This document shows, piece after piece, positions 37,390 through 47,640 of a DNA stretch of 64,000 bases; within the stretch, counting starts at the first letter, position 1; every line of letters starts with the position of its first letter. Position numbers and translations under genes: made by a program. Below the pieces are notes generated by a model, which was given only the letters and a program-made list of their open reading frames with translations, was not told where the DNA came from and did not search any database. This DNA is from Longimicrobiales bacterium (GTDB taxonomy: Bacteria > Gemmatimonadota > Gemmatimonadetes > Longimicrobiales > Gaopeijiaceae), in NCBI GenBank assembly GCA_965249725.1, contig OZ252251.1, forward strand, positions 704,001 through 768,000, read 5' to 3'.

Positions 37390-38451
37390 ATGAACCGCGC
37401 CATTGACGTGACAAGTGAATCTCCGGAAGAGAGACAGGTCAGGGCGGGCGATCTCGCCCGTGCGGGCCGAGAAGCGGAGACCCAGGGAGCCCTAGGTGAC
37501 TCCCTGGAGAAGCTGACCGCGGCGTTGGACCTTCTTCCCGATAACGAACCGTCGCCGCTCCGAGCCGACATCCTCCGGTGGCTCGGCACGACGCTTCGCG
37601 AACTCGGGCAAACGACCGATGCCGAGTCCCGCTACGAAGAGAGCAGTGCCCTCTCGCGAGACATCGCATACGGAACCGGCGAAGCCCACGCCCTGAACTG
37701 CCTCGCGATCATTGCCCAACGGCGGGGCGACATGAATGCCGCCCAGTCCAGGTATCGACAGGCCGCGCGCCAGGCAAGCGACTCGGGAGATCACCGACTC
37801 GCCGGAATGGTCGAGCAAAACCTCGGCGTCCTCGCGAACATCCAAGGAGATCTGGACGGTGCCCTCGTGCGCTACCGGGCCAGCCTCAGGGCGTTCGAAG
37901 AGGGCGATTTCGAGGAAGGCATGTCGTGGGTGCTCAACAATCTGGGCATGCTCCACACCGACCTCGGCAAGTACGACGACGCTGAGGAGCACTTTACCCG
38001 CGGCCTCGATATCGCCCGCCGTCGGAAGGACCTTCATACTCAGGCTCTTCTGGAATCGAACCTCGCCGAGGTCTACATCCGACTCGAGCAATGGGAAGCG
38101 GCCGAGGCCTACGTAGAAAGGGCGCTCGGCATCGCTGAAGAGAGGGGCGACCCACTCCGGAAGGCCGACGCTCTCAAGTTCCTCGGCATGATCCAGCGGG
38201 CCCAGGGTCACCTCTCCCTCGCAGACGAGTCTCTTTCGAGCGCCAATCGTCTCGCAGAGGAGAGTGAAGACGCCCTGCTGGCCGCAGAGGTGTGCCGGGA
38301 ATTGGGGGAGACCCGTGCCCAGATGGGACAATACCCTGATGCCACCGAGCTCCTGGAGCGCGCCGTACGGCTCTTCAGAGAAATGAACGCGTCGCTCGAC
38401 GCCACCAAGGCACAAGAGCGATTGGATCGGATCCATGCGGACTCCGAATAG
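37390..38451 (+). CDS. Stand-alone TPR protein (MalT/RRNPP-like helical repeats)
   Basis: About 40-aa repeats: ALNCLA, QNLG, LNNLG, SNLA. Confidence 0.85.
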   Translation: MNRAIDVTSESPEERQVRAGDLARAGREAETQGALGDSLEKLTAALDLLPDNEPSPLRADILRWLGTTLRELGQTTDAESRYEESSALSRDIAYGTGEAHALNCLAIIAQRRGDMNAAQSRYRQAARQASDSGDHRLAGMVEQNLGVLANIQGDLDGALVRYRASLRAFEEGDFEEGMSWVLNNLGMLHTDLGKYDDAEEHFTRGLDIARRRKDLHTQALLESNLAEVYIRLEQWEAAEAYVERALGIAEERGDPLRKADALKFLGMIQRAQGHLSLADESLSSANRLAEESEDALLAAEVCRELGETRAQMGQYPDATELLERAVRLFREMNASLDATKAQERLDRIHADSE

Positions 38452-38475
38452 ACACCCCAGACCTCGAGGCGAATC

Positions 38476-39534
38476 GTGAGCTATCAACTCGCCAGCAGAG
38501 AAGTAGAAGAGACTGTCCCGACCGGCGACCGCACCGCCACCGATATCGGCTTTCAGGCGATCATCGGGGAGGGCGCCTCGCTCAAGAAGGCGATCGATTT
38601 CGCCAAGAGGGTGGCGACCCGAAAACTGACGACGGTCCTCATTGTGGGAGACACGGGCACCGGCAAAGGCCTGTTCGCCCGCGGCATCCACTACGCCAGC
38701 CAGGATGCCCAGGAGCCTTTCGTCACGGTGAACTGCGCGGCCATCCCCGGGAACCTCCTCGAGTCCGAGCTGTTCGGACACGAACGCGGGGCGTTCACGG
38801 ATGCCCGGTCGCGGAAGCTGGGTCTCCTAGAATTGGCAGGAGCAGGTACGCTCTTCCTCGACGAGGTCAGTGAACTGCCTCCCAACCTTCAGCCCAAGCT
38901 GCTGCGGGCACTCGAGGAGAGGCGCTTCCGGAGAATCGGAGGCACGGAGGAGATCGCGGCCAAGTGCCGCCTGCTCGCTGCCGCGAACAGTTCGTTCGAG
39001 GATGCGTTGAGCGAAGGGCGTTTCCGCGAAGACCTGTTCTACCGACTCAACGTCCTCCGCATCAACGTCCCTCCCCTGCGGGAGCGCGGAAAGGACCCGG
39101 AGTTGCTGGCGCGCCACTTCATGGCCGAGATCGCTCGCGAGATGGGCATTGCGCCGAAGGCCCTCCGCAAGGACGCCGTCGAGGTCCTCAATCGCCACGA
39201 CTGGCCAGGCAATGTCCGAGAGCTGAAGAACGTCATCCAACGGGCCATCGTGCTGACCGACGGACCGGCCGTGCGTGCCGAGCACCTCAGCATCTTCGGT
39301 CGGGCGAGAGTGGACGGGGATGCCCCGGAGGACCGGGACCGTTCGATCCACATTCCACCCACGGGTCTGCGCCTGTCTGAGATCGAAGCTCAAGCGCTAC
39401 GCATCACCCTCGACATTACCGGGGGAAACCGAAGCGCCGCTGCCCGCATTCTCGGCCTCTCTCGGCCCACGGTCCATCGTAAGATCCGGGATTACGGTCT
39501 CGACGATCGCAAAAGTCTCGACGCCACCGCGTGA
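38476..39534 (+). CDS. sigma54 enhancer-binding protein without an N-terminal sensory domain
   Basis: GDTGTGK, ESELFGHERGAFTDA, LFLDE, FREDLFYRL, WPGNVREL, Fis-type HTH. Confidence 0.92.
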   Translation: MSYQLASREVEETVPTGDRTATDIGFQAIIGEGASLKKAIDFAKRVATRKLTTVLIVGDTGTGKGLFARGIHYASQDAQEPFVTVNCAAIPGNLLESELFGHERGAFTDARSRKLGLLELAGAGTLFLDEVSELPPNLQPKLLRALEERRFRRIGGTEEIAAKCRLLAAANSSFEDALSEGRFREDLFYRLNVLRINVPPLRERGKDPELLARHFMAEIAREMGIAPKALRKDAVEVLNRHDWPGNVRELKNVIQRAIVLTDGPAVRAEHLSIFGRARVDGDAPEDRDRSIHIPPTGLRLSEIEAQALRITLDITGGNRSAAARILGLSRPTVHRKIRDYGLDDRKSLDATA

Positions 39535-39538
39535 CATC

Positions 39539-41260
39539 GTGGAATCGACCACCGCCCTGGGAATCCCGGAGGGTGCCCGAAGCCTGATCGCAGAGGCCAG
39601 GGCCGCGGAGCGGCGGGCGCGCCGAAGCCGCGCCCGCGCGTGTTACGAAGAGGCCCTACGTAGCCTGAATGGCTGGGAACACGGTGCCCTGGCCAGCGCC
39701 ATCCTCCGGTGGATCGCCCGCACCCATTACGAAAGCGGACACCTCGCCGCTGCGATGGACTGCTTCGAGGCGGCCCTGGCCGTAGCCGACGCCCACGACG
39801 ACATGCTGGGCAAGGCGCACGCCCTGAACGGCAAGGGCATCGTCGAGCAGCTCCGCGGCAACCTCGAGACGGCTGCCGCCCACTTCGCGTGGAGCCTGGA
39901 TCGGGCCTCGCGCGCCGGTGACGCCGCCCTACCCGCGATGATCCATCAGAACCTGGGTGTAATCGCCAACATCCAGGGCGACTTCGCGGAGGCCCTCGTC
40001 CAGTACCGCTCCAGCAAAGACGCGTACGACCGGCTGGGTGAAGACGATCGAGTGGGTCCTCTTCTCAACAACATCGGCCGTCTGCATACGGACCGTGGAG
40101 AGTGGAGCGAGGCCGAGGCGGCGCTCGAAGAGGCGAGCCGTCGCTGTGTCGAATCAGGCGACGTGGACCATCACGTCCACGCTCAGGTGAACCTCGCGCG
40201 CCTCTGGATCGCCCGAGGGGACCTAGAGCGAGCCCGGGCCTCCTGCGATACCGCGTGCAACGTCTCGCGCGATGTCGCGGAGGGTCGATGGTCCGGAGAG
40301 ATCTTGAAGCACTACGGCACCATCTACCGGCTGACCAAGCGACCGGAACTCGCGCTCGACTCTCTGCGACAGGCGCGACTCCTCGCAGATGACCAGAGGA
40401 ACACGCTCTTGGCCGCCGAGATCGCACGAGAATTCGCCGACGTCTACGCCGATCAGGGGCGGAATCGGGACACACTGAGGGCGCTGAACGAGTGTCTACG
40501 ACTCTTCTCGGAGTTCCAAGCCAAGCACAACCTGGCCGAGGTGAGGGACCGGATCTCTCGTCTCGAGTATCGCTTCCTGGACGTGGTCTGCTCCTGGGGA
40601 GAGTCCATCGAATCGAAGGACCGCTACACACAGGGTCACTGTGAACGAGTGGCGGACCTGGCCTGCGCCCTGGCGACCGCGGCCGGCCTGGACAAGGACG
40701 TTCTGACCTGGTTCCGCATGGGCGCGCTTCTCCACGACCTCGGCAAGATCGCCGTGCCCTCGTCCATTCTGAACAAGCCGGGCGCCCTTACGGCGGAGGA
40801 GTGGGTCATCATGAAGCGGCATCCGGAAGCCGGGGTCGAGCTCCTCCAAGGCATCGAGTTCCCATGGGACATCCGACCCATGCTGCGCCACCACCACGAG
40901 CGCTGGGACGGATCTGGATATCCGCACGGCCTGATGGGGGCCGACATCCCCCTTTCAGCTCGGATCCTGTGCCTGGCCGACGTGTTCGACGCTCTCACGA
41001 CAGACCGCAGCTACCGGAGTGGACTGCCCCCCGACCAAGCGATGTCGGTCATGCGGAACGAGGCAGGCTCCACATTCGACCCGCACCTGTTCGGCGTGTT
41101 CGAGGGCTTGTCTCAGGACTCCCCTCGGCGGTGGGCGACACGCTCGGCCCGCGATCGCCGCCGCAAGCCGGTGGGCACGCCACACCTCATACCGGTGGCG
41201 GGGGCGCTCAGCTCGCCCATCCCTCGCCGAACCCTGCCGCCGCAGGAAATCTGGGCCTAG
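39539..41260 (+). CDS. TPR + HD-GYP cyclic-dinucleotide phosphodiesterase
   Basis: TPR array, then DRYTQGH, LLHDLGK, HHHERWDGSGYP, ADVFDALTTDRSYR. Confidence 0.9.
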   Translation: MESTTALGIPEGARSLIAEARAAERRARRSRARACYEEALRSLNGWEHGALASAILRWIARTHYESGHLAAAMDCFEAALAVADAHDDMLGKAHALNGKGIVEQLRGNLETAAAHFAWSLDRASRAGDAALPAMIHQNLGVIANIQGDFAEALVQYRSSKDAYDRLGEDDRVGPLLNNIGRLHTDRGEWSEAEAALEEASRRCVESGDVDHHVHAQVNLARLWIARGDLERARASCDTACNVSRDVAEGRWSGEILKHYGTIYRLTKRPELALDSLRQARLLADDQRNTLLAAEIAREFADVYADQGRNRDTLRALNECLRLFSEFQAKHNLAEVRDRISRLEYRFLDVVCSWGESIESKDRYTQGHCERVADLACALATAAGLDKDVLTWFRMGALLHDLGKIAVPSSILNKPGALTAEEWVIMKRHPEAGVELLQGIEFPWDIRPMLRHHHERWDGSGYPHGLMGADIPLSARILCLADVFDALTTDRSYRSGLPPDQAMSVMRNEAGSTFDPHLFGVFEGLSQDSPRRWATRSARDRRRKPVGTPHLIPVAGALSSPIPRRTLPPQEIWA

Positions 41261-41296
41261 TCACGTAGCGGTCGCTCGACCCTCGCGAGCCTCCCC

Positions 41297-43132
41297 CTAC
41301 CGATACCCTGCCGCCTGAAGGGTGAAGAGTTCGGCGTAACGGCCCTCCAGCGCGAGGAGCTCCTCGTGGGTCCCTTCCTCCTTCACGCTTCCGTGCTCGA
41401 GCACGACGATTCGATCGGCCATGCGCACCGTTGAGAAGCGGTGGGAAATCAGCACGGCCATTCTTCCGCGGGTCAACTCGGCGAACCGCTCGAAGACGTG
41501 GTATTCGGCCTTCGCGTCCAGGGCTGCGGTGGGCTCGTCGAGGATGAGTACTTGGGCATCACGCATGTAGGCGCGGGCGAGTCCGACCTTTTGCCACTCC
41601 CCGCCAGAGAGGTTGGCCCCACCGTCGAACCGTCGGCCGAGCATATGTTCGAAACCCTCTTCGAGCTCGGACACGACCGTGTCTGCCAGGCTGTCTTCGG
41701 CCGCTCGGGCGATACGCGACTGATCCCCCAGGGCCTCGATCTGACCTACCGCGATGTTCTCCCGCATGATCAGATCGTAGCGGACGAAGTCCTGGAAGAT
41801 GACCCCGATCGCCCGGCGCAACTCGCTCACGTCGTACTCCTTGAGGTCCACCCCGTCCAGGAGAATGCGTCCTTCATCGGGGTCGTATAGCCGAGCCAGG
41901 AGCTTCACGAGCGTGGTCTTCCCTGCACCGTTCTCGCCGACGAAGGCAACTCGATCGTCGGCCCCCAATCGGAGGGAGACGTTGCGAATGGCCCACCGGT
42001 CGCTGTCGGGATACCGGAAGCCGACGTTCTCGAACACGATCCCGTCCTTGATGGGGCGAGGTATCGGCACCGGATCGGCCGGGCACGGAGCCGCAGGCGT
42101 CATCTCCAAGAAGGTGAAGAGATCGCGGAGGAACAGGCTCTGCTCGTAGACGTCGGCGGAGCGCAACAGGATGCCACTGATCAGGGCCCTGCTACGCTGG
42201 CAAGACCCCACCAGGAATGTCAGGTCTCCTAGCGAGAGAACCCCGCGGACGGTATCGACGATGATGAAGACGCTGGCGGCGTAGTACCCCAGCGTCGACA
42301 CCGCAGTCAGTCCGCCCGAAGTGGCCGCGCGCCTGGTCGAGAGTGCCTTGTTCGCTTCGTAGAACTTGTCCGCCAGACGTTCGTACTTCCGGGTGAAGTA
42401 GTCCGACAGACCGAAGAGCTTCACTTCCTTCGCCGTCACGTTGCTCGTGGCCACGTACCGCAGGTAGTCCAGTTCCCTGCGCTCGGGGGTCCACTTGAAC
42501 AGCAGCGAGTACGACAGACCGGCGAAGTGGGTCTCGCCGATGAACGACGGCAGTACCGCCACGACGAGCAGAAGCAGGAGCCAGACATTGAACGCCACGA
42601 GCACGACGAGAAGAGAGGCCAGGGTCAGGGCGCTTTGGCCGATGCCCAGAAGGAGTGCCACCAGCCCGATTCTCCCCACGGTCTGTCGGCGGGCCCTCTC
42701 GAGCGAATCGTAGAACTGAGGATCCTCGAAGTTCTCCAGATCGAGCGTCGCGGCGTGCTCCATGATGCGCACGGAGAGGCGGTTGCCGAACAGGTCGGCC
42801 AAGAGACTCTCCAGAAGGTTGGAGGCTCTTTGGAAGAGGTCGGACACGAGGGCGACCGCCAGCTCCAGCGCCACCAGACGCATAATGCCCGTCCAGTCCG
42901 GCTGCGCGGCCCCGATGTTCGCCACCACCGCATCGATGATGAGCTTCCCGATCCACAGCTGCACGACCGGTGAGAACGCGAGCACCAGCCGTAGCGATAC
43001 GATCGCTGTGGCATAGTAGGGCTGGGCGCGCCAGACCATGCGCAGAAAGCGTGGCACAAGGCGGAGCGCCACCAAGCGCTCCCTGAAGGGTGGAAGATCG
43101 ACGGAACGACGGCGCCCGAGACCCGGAGGCAC
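41297..43132 (-). CDS. ABC transporter, fused permease/ATPase
   Basis: GENGAGKTT, LSGGEWQ, ILDEPT. Confidence 0.92.
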   Translation of the reverse strand: MPPGLGRRRSVDLPPFRERLVALRLVPRFLRMVWRAQPYYATAIVSLRLVLAFSPVVQLWIGKLIIDAVVANIGAAQPDWTGIMRLVALELAVALVSDLFQRASNLLESLLADLFGNRLSVRIMEHAATLDLENFEDPQFYDSLERARRQTVGRIGLVALLLGIGQSALTLASLLVVLVAFNVWLLLLLVVAVLPSFIGETHFAGLSYSLLFKWTPERRELDYLRYVATSNVTAKEVKLFGLSDYFTRKYERLADKFYEANKALSTRRAATSGGLTAVSTLGYYAASVFIIVDTVRGVLSLGDLTFLVGSCQRSRALISGILLRSADVYEQSLFLRDLFTFLEMTPAAPCPADPVPIPRPIKDGIVFENVGFRYPDSDRWAIRNVSLRLGADDRVAFVGENGAGKTTLVKLLARLYDPDEGRILLDGVDLKEYDVSELRRAIGVIFQDFVRYDLIMRENIAVGQIEALGDQSRIARAAEDSLADTVVSELEEGFEHMLGRRFDGGANLSGGEWQKVGLARAYMRDAQVLILDEPTAALDAKAEYHVFERFAELTRGRMAVLISHRFSTVRMADRIVVLEHGSVKEEGTHEELLALEGRYAELFTLQAAGYR

Positions 43133-43161
43133 CGCTTACACGCTCCGCCTTCGGTCCCTGA

Positions 43162-43665
43162 TCAACCCTCGTCGTCCTCCGGGGCCCGGTTGCCGAATTC
43201 CCGGTCCAGCATGAGAAGAGCGGCCTGGTCGTCACCAGCCATCTTCACCTGATCGCTAGCGGCTGAAGCGCTATCCTCCTCTTCGACCTGCTCGGCGATG
43301 AACCACTGCAGCTCCTGCTGCGCCGCCCAGTCGCCCTCCTCGCCCGAGAGTTCGAAGAGGCGGTGGATGAGAGCCGTCACCTTCTGCTCATGGGCCAAGA
43401 CGCTCTCGAATATCTCCGCCGGAGGTCCGAACTGCGTCTGGGGTCCGTCGATGGCCTGAAGCTCGACCCGGCCGCCGCGACGCAGCACGTGATCGTACAG
43501 CCGCAGAGCGTGCTCCAACTCCTCCTGAGCCTGAAGCTTCATCCAGTGGGCGAAACCGGGAAGGTTCTCGGCCTCGAAGTGGGCGGATATGGACAGGTAA
43601 AGATATCCGGAAAAGAGCTCGTCTTTGATCTGCTCGTTGAATGCGGCCTGCACCTTGTCGTTCAT
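43162..43665 (-). CDS. ftnA: Non-heme ferritin
   Basis: ELFSGYLY, QAQEELEH, WFIAEQVEEE ferroxidase motifs. Confidence 0.9.
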   Translation of the reverse strand: MNDKVQAAFNEQIKDELFSGYLYLSISAHFEAENLPGFAHWMKLQAQEELEHALRLYDHVLRRGGRVELQAIDGPQTQFGPPAEIFESVLAHEQKVTALIHRLFELSGEEGDWAAQQELQWFIAEQVEEEDSASAASDQVKMAGDDQAALLMLDREFGNRAPEDDEG

Positions 43666-43813
43666 CGGGACCTCTTGGTGGCTGAGCGTCTGACCGTCCC
43701 CGGGAAGGGCGGAGATCGGCCGAGGGAACGCTTCACACTACCCCCGACCCGCCGAGATGTGCAGTCGCGTTTTCCGGATTCCGGAAAGAGCACGATTCGG
43801 TCGGATCACCGCC

Positions 43814-44191
43814 CTATCCGGCTCTCCCCCCGTCATCCGACGAGTCGCCGCCTGCATCGAGCTTCCGTGACGGCTCGTCCCCTCCCCGGGTGATCTGCTC
43901 GAGCTTTCCAAGGAGCGTGTTGCTCCCGGCCCGGCTGACACCGAAGAGGCCGTCATCGCTCGCTTCGGCGCGCTCGGCCGCACCGTGCAAGTTGAGCCAC
44001 AGGTCGAACTTCTCGCTCACTCGCATGACTTTGTAGAAGTACCGCCGTTGACCATGGCGCCGAAAAACGAGATCAGCGGCGAATGCGACGAACGATACCG
44101 TGAACACCGCACCGTCCTTGAGGCCATCGATCAGCAGCTTGAGCTGGAAGATGGCGAAGTCTCTGATCGAGACCTTGGTTCTGGGGTCCAT
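43814..44191 (-). CDS. Hypothetical protein
   Basis: ATG start, plausible codon usage, FQLKLLIDGLKD. Confidence 0.65.
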   Translation of the reverse strand: MDPRTKVSIRDFAIFQLKLLIDGLKDGAVFTVSFVAFAADLVFRRHGQRRYFYKVMRVSEKFDLWLNLHGAAERAEASDDGLFGVSRAGSNTLLGKLEQITRGGDEPSRKLDAGGDSSDDGGRAG

Positions 44192-44438
44192 AACGACGCC
44201 TTGTTTACCCTGCTGTACACGGCGGAATTTGACGAGGCCAACCCTACGGATCTATTACGTGTTTTGCTTCTCCTCCGCCAGGTTTCGCAGGCGGCGGGAT
44301 CCTTCGATTATCAGAGGAACCTTTCCCTTGGGGGTTACGTACCGATACATCCCCCTCGGCCCGGCCAGAGCGCCGCTTTCGCGCGTTCGAACGCTCCTGC
44401 CGGGAAAGGGAGTGTTGACGACGAGATTGGAGTGAACG

Positions 44439-45329
44439 GTGCGCGCAATGGTATCTCTCATCAGTGCGGCCACACTCACGCTTATCATCGGTTCGCCCAC
44501 ACCCCCATCGGCGTACCCATCGGCGTACCCATCGGCGCACCCATCGGCGCAACAGACCTCGCCACGCGCCTCGTTCCTCTCGTCTGAAGCCGTTGCGACT
44601 GCGCCGGGGACCGCTCGTCCCATCGGGTCGGCCGACCCATCCGTACAGGCCGAGGGCATCCCGCGCGAGTTCTACTTCTCGCGCGTCGCCTATACGGGTT
44701 ACAGCCGAGGGTTCTACGGACGCGGGCCGTCCTGGGCGACGGACTTTCCCAAGGCCGATCAGATCTTCCTTTCGTTCATCGACCGGCTGCTTTCCAACCT
44801 GGACGCGTACGAGAGGGAGCACCCGGTCCAGTTGAACGATCCCGAGATACGCCGTTTCCCTTACCTCTACGCGCTCGAAGTCGGTCGTATGGCTCTCACC
44901 GACCCCGAGATCCAAGGGCTGCGGAGTTACCTGATGGCTGGCGGCTTCCTGGTCATCGACGACTTCTGGGGGTCACGCGAGTGGCAGAATTTCGAGTACC
45001 AGATGCAGCTCGTACTGCCCGGCCACTCCATCGCCGACCTGCCGCTCGACCACCCGATCTTCACCGCGTTCTACGAGATCGAAGAGATCATGCAGGTCCC
45101 CAACGTCCGCAATGGCGTGAACGGTTGGCAGACTCACGAGGGCGACGGAATCGTGCCCATGGTCAAGGGGATCCACGATGAGAACGGCCGCCTGATGGTG
45201 GTCATCAACTTCAATACCGATCTGGGCGACGCCTGGGAATGGGCGGACAATCCTTACTATCCCCTCAAGTACTCGACGTATGCCTACGAGATGGGCGTGA
45301 ACATGATCGTGTACGCCATGAGTCACTGA
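44439..45329 (+). CDS. DUF4159 domain secreted protein
   Basis: WATDFP, YLMAGGFLVIDDFW, NTDLGDAWE, MGVN..YAMSH. Confidence 0.85.
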   Translation: MRAMVSLISAATLTLIIGSPTPPSAYPSAYPSAHPSAQQTSPRASFLSSEAVATAPGTARPIGSADPSVQAEGIPREFYFSRVAYTGYSRGFYGRGPSWATDFPKADQIFLSFIDRLLSNLDAYEREHPVQLNDPEIRRFPYLYALEVGRMALTDPEIQGLRSYLMAGGFLVIDDFWGSREWQNFEYQMQLVLPGHSIADLPLDHPIFTAFYEIEEIMQVPNVRNGVNGWQTHEGDGIVPMVKGIHDENGRLMVVINFNTDLGDAWEWADNPYYPLKYSTYAYEMGVNMIVYAMSH

Positions 45330-45351
45330 TCATGCTCCAGGAAACGACCTG

Positions 45352-47640
45352 ATGCAGGGCCTCTTCGAATTCCTGTTCAAGTATCGCCCTCTTCTCTTTC
45401 AGGAGGGCGAGTTCACCTTCGGATCTCCGTGGCCCACCATGGTGGTGCTCGGGCTGGTCGCCGCACTCTCGATTCCGACGGTCCTTACCTACACGGCAGC
45501 AAGGGGTAATACGCAGCCCGTGGATCGGGCGGTCATGGCCACCCTTCGACTCGGGGTGATCGCGCTGCTGGTGTTCATCCTCTTCCAGCCCACACTCGTC
45601 CTCACTTCGGTGGTACCACAGCGGAACTTCGTGGGGATTCTCGTCGACGATTCCCAGAGCATGCAGATTGCATCAGACGATGGGGTGCCTCGAAGTGACT
45701 TCATCCGTCAGACGTTTGGAGCGGAGGGAAGCGAATTGCTCAGCGAACTCAGCGACAAGTTCGCCCTCCGATTCTTCCGATTCAGCAGAGAGACGAGCCG
45801 GATGGAGGACGTGTCGGAGCTGACGTTCGCAGGGACCGGCACTGAGCTCGGTAGCGCGATGGTCCGCGCCCAGGAGGAATTGGCCGGAGTCCCGCTTTCC
45901 GGCTTGGTCGTGATCTCCGACGGCGCGGATAACTCGGGCGAGACCCTCGCGGAGTCATTGTTGCCGCTCCAGGCGGCCAACATACCCGTCTACACGGTCG
46001 GCCTCGGGGAGGAAACGCTCTCGCCAGACGTGCAGGTCAGTCGCGTCGAGGTCCCGCGAACGGTGCTCTTGGGCACGTCGCTGGTCGTCGACGTGATCGT
46101 TTCGCACCGCGGCTTCCCCGGCCAAACCGTCCCCCTCGTGGTTGAGGACGGTGGTATCCTCATGGCCACCGAGGACGTGACGTTCGAGGGAGACGGGGAG
46201 CCGGTCGTGGCACGCATCAGGCTCGAGGTCTCCGAGAGTGGACCGCGCCTGCTCCAGTTCAGAGTGCCGGTTCAGGACGGCGAGAGGGTGGCCCGCAACA
46301 ACGTTCGCGAAGTCCTGATCGATGTCGTCGACGAGGCGGAGAAGGTCCTCTACTTCGAGGGCGAGCCTCGCTGGGAGGTGAAGTTCCTACGTCGCGCCGT
46401 GTCGGGCGACGACAACCTGCAGGTGGTGGTGCTCCAGCGAACCGCCGAGAGCAAATTCCTTCGTCTGGACGTGGACGACGCCGAAGAGTTGGCGGCCGGC
46501 TTCCCGAAGACCCGGGAGGAGTTGTTCCGCTACCGGGCCCTGATCCTCGGTAGTGTCGAGGCTAGTTTCTTCACGCACGACCAGCTCAACATGATCGCGG
46601 ACTTCGTGTCCAAGCGGGGTGGAGGACTCCTCCTTCTCGGAGGCCGCAATTCGTTCCGAGAGGGAGGCTACGTCGGAACACCTGTCGAGGAAGCCCTTCC
46701 CGTGTTCCTGGACGACGAACTGAGCGACGGCCGCCCCTTCTTCTCCGAGCTCGTCGTGAGCCCGACGCGTACCGGGTTGACCCACCCCGCGACACAGCTG
46801 GGAGGTGACGGAGGCGAGGAGGTGAGGGCGCTTTGGGAGTCTCTCCCACCGGTCTCCTCCCTGAACCCCATCACCCGCCTCAAGCCGGGCGCTACCAGCC
46901 TGCTTACAGGTGGGAGTGAGGAAGACCGCACGACACAGGTGGTGCTGGCCTATCACCGCTACGGCCGTGGCAAGGTCATCGTGCTTCCCATCCAGGACTC
47001 GTGGATCTGGCAGATGCACGCAGAGGTGGATCTGGAGGACCAGACCCATGAGACCTTCTGGCGCCAGCTCATCCGTTGGCTGGCTGACGGCGTACCGCAT
47101 CGGGTCGGCGCCCAGGGCGAGCGCGAGGTCGTGGAGCCCGGGCAGTCGGTCGGCATCTCGGCCGAGGTGAACGACTCGGCGTACGTGGAGGTCAACAACG
47201 GCAACATCGTCGCGACGGTCCGGAGCCCCGGTGGGGACTCCCTGAGCGTACCCCTAGACTGGGCGGTCGACCAGGACGGACGCTATGACGCCAACTTCAC
47301 GACGTCGGAGCCGGGCTTGTACGAGATCTCCGTCCAGGCCACGCGCGCGGCCGACACGTTGGGAACGGCCGTCACCTACGTGCACGCGGCCCCGTCCGAC
47401 GACGAGTACTTCGACGCGAGCATGCGCGGCACCACCCTACGGCGCGTGGCCGAAGAGACTGGGGGCCTGTTCTACACGCCCGACGATGTCGCGTCCCTGC
47501 CTGAAGACATCAGCCTGACCGGTGCGGGGGTGACCCTCACGGAGGAGCGGGATCTTTGGGACATGCCGTTCCTCCTGATCCTCCTTCTGAGCCTCATGGC
47601 CGGTGAGTGGGGCTACCGCCGCAAGAGGAGCCTCGTTTGA
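45352..47640 (+). CDS. Membrane protein with vWA and glutamine-amidotransferase-like domains
   Basis: DDSQSM MIDAS, SDG, GGGLLLLGG, YGRGKV, EWGYRR. Confidence 0.8.
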   Translation: MQGLFEFLFKYRPLLFQEGEFTFGSPWPTMVVLGLVAALSIPTVLTYTAARGNTQPVDRAVMATLRLGVIALLVFILFQPTLVLTSVVPQRNFVGILVDDSQSMQIASDDGVPRSDFIRQTFGAEGSELLSELSDKFALRFFRFSRETSRMEDVSELTFAGTGTELGSAMVRAQEELAGVPLSGLVVISDGADNSGETLAESLLPLQAANIPVYTVGLGEETLSPDVQVSRVEVPRTVLLGTSLVVDVIVSHRGFPGQTVPLVVEDGGILMATEDVTFEGDGEPVVARIRLEVSESGPRLLQFRVPVQDGERVARNNVREVLIDVVDEAEKVLYFEGEPRWEVKFLRRAVSGDDNLQVVVLQRTAESKFLRLDVDDAEELAAGFPKTREELFRYRALILGSVEASFFTHDQLNMIADFVSKRGGGLLLLGGRNSFREGGYVGTPVEEALPVFLDDELSDGRPFFSELVVSPTRTGLTHPATQLGGDGGEEVRALWESLPPVSSLNPITRLKPGATSLLTGGSEEDRTTQVVLAYHRYGRGKVIVLPIQDSWIWQMHAEVDLEDQTHETFWRQLIRWLADGVPHRVGAQGEREVVEPGQSVGISAEVNDSAYVEVNNGNIVATVRSPGGDSLSVPLDWAVDQDGRYDANFTTSEPGLYEISVQATRAADTLGTAVTYVHAAPSDDEYFDASMRGTTLRRVAEETGGLFYTPDDVASLPEDISLTGAGVTLTEERDLWDMPFLLILLLSLMAGEWGYRRKRSLV

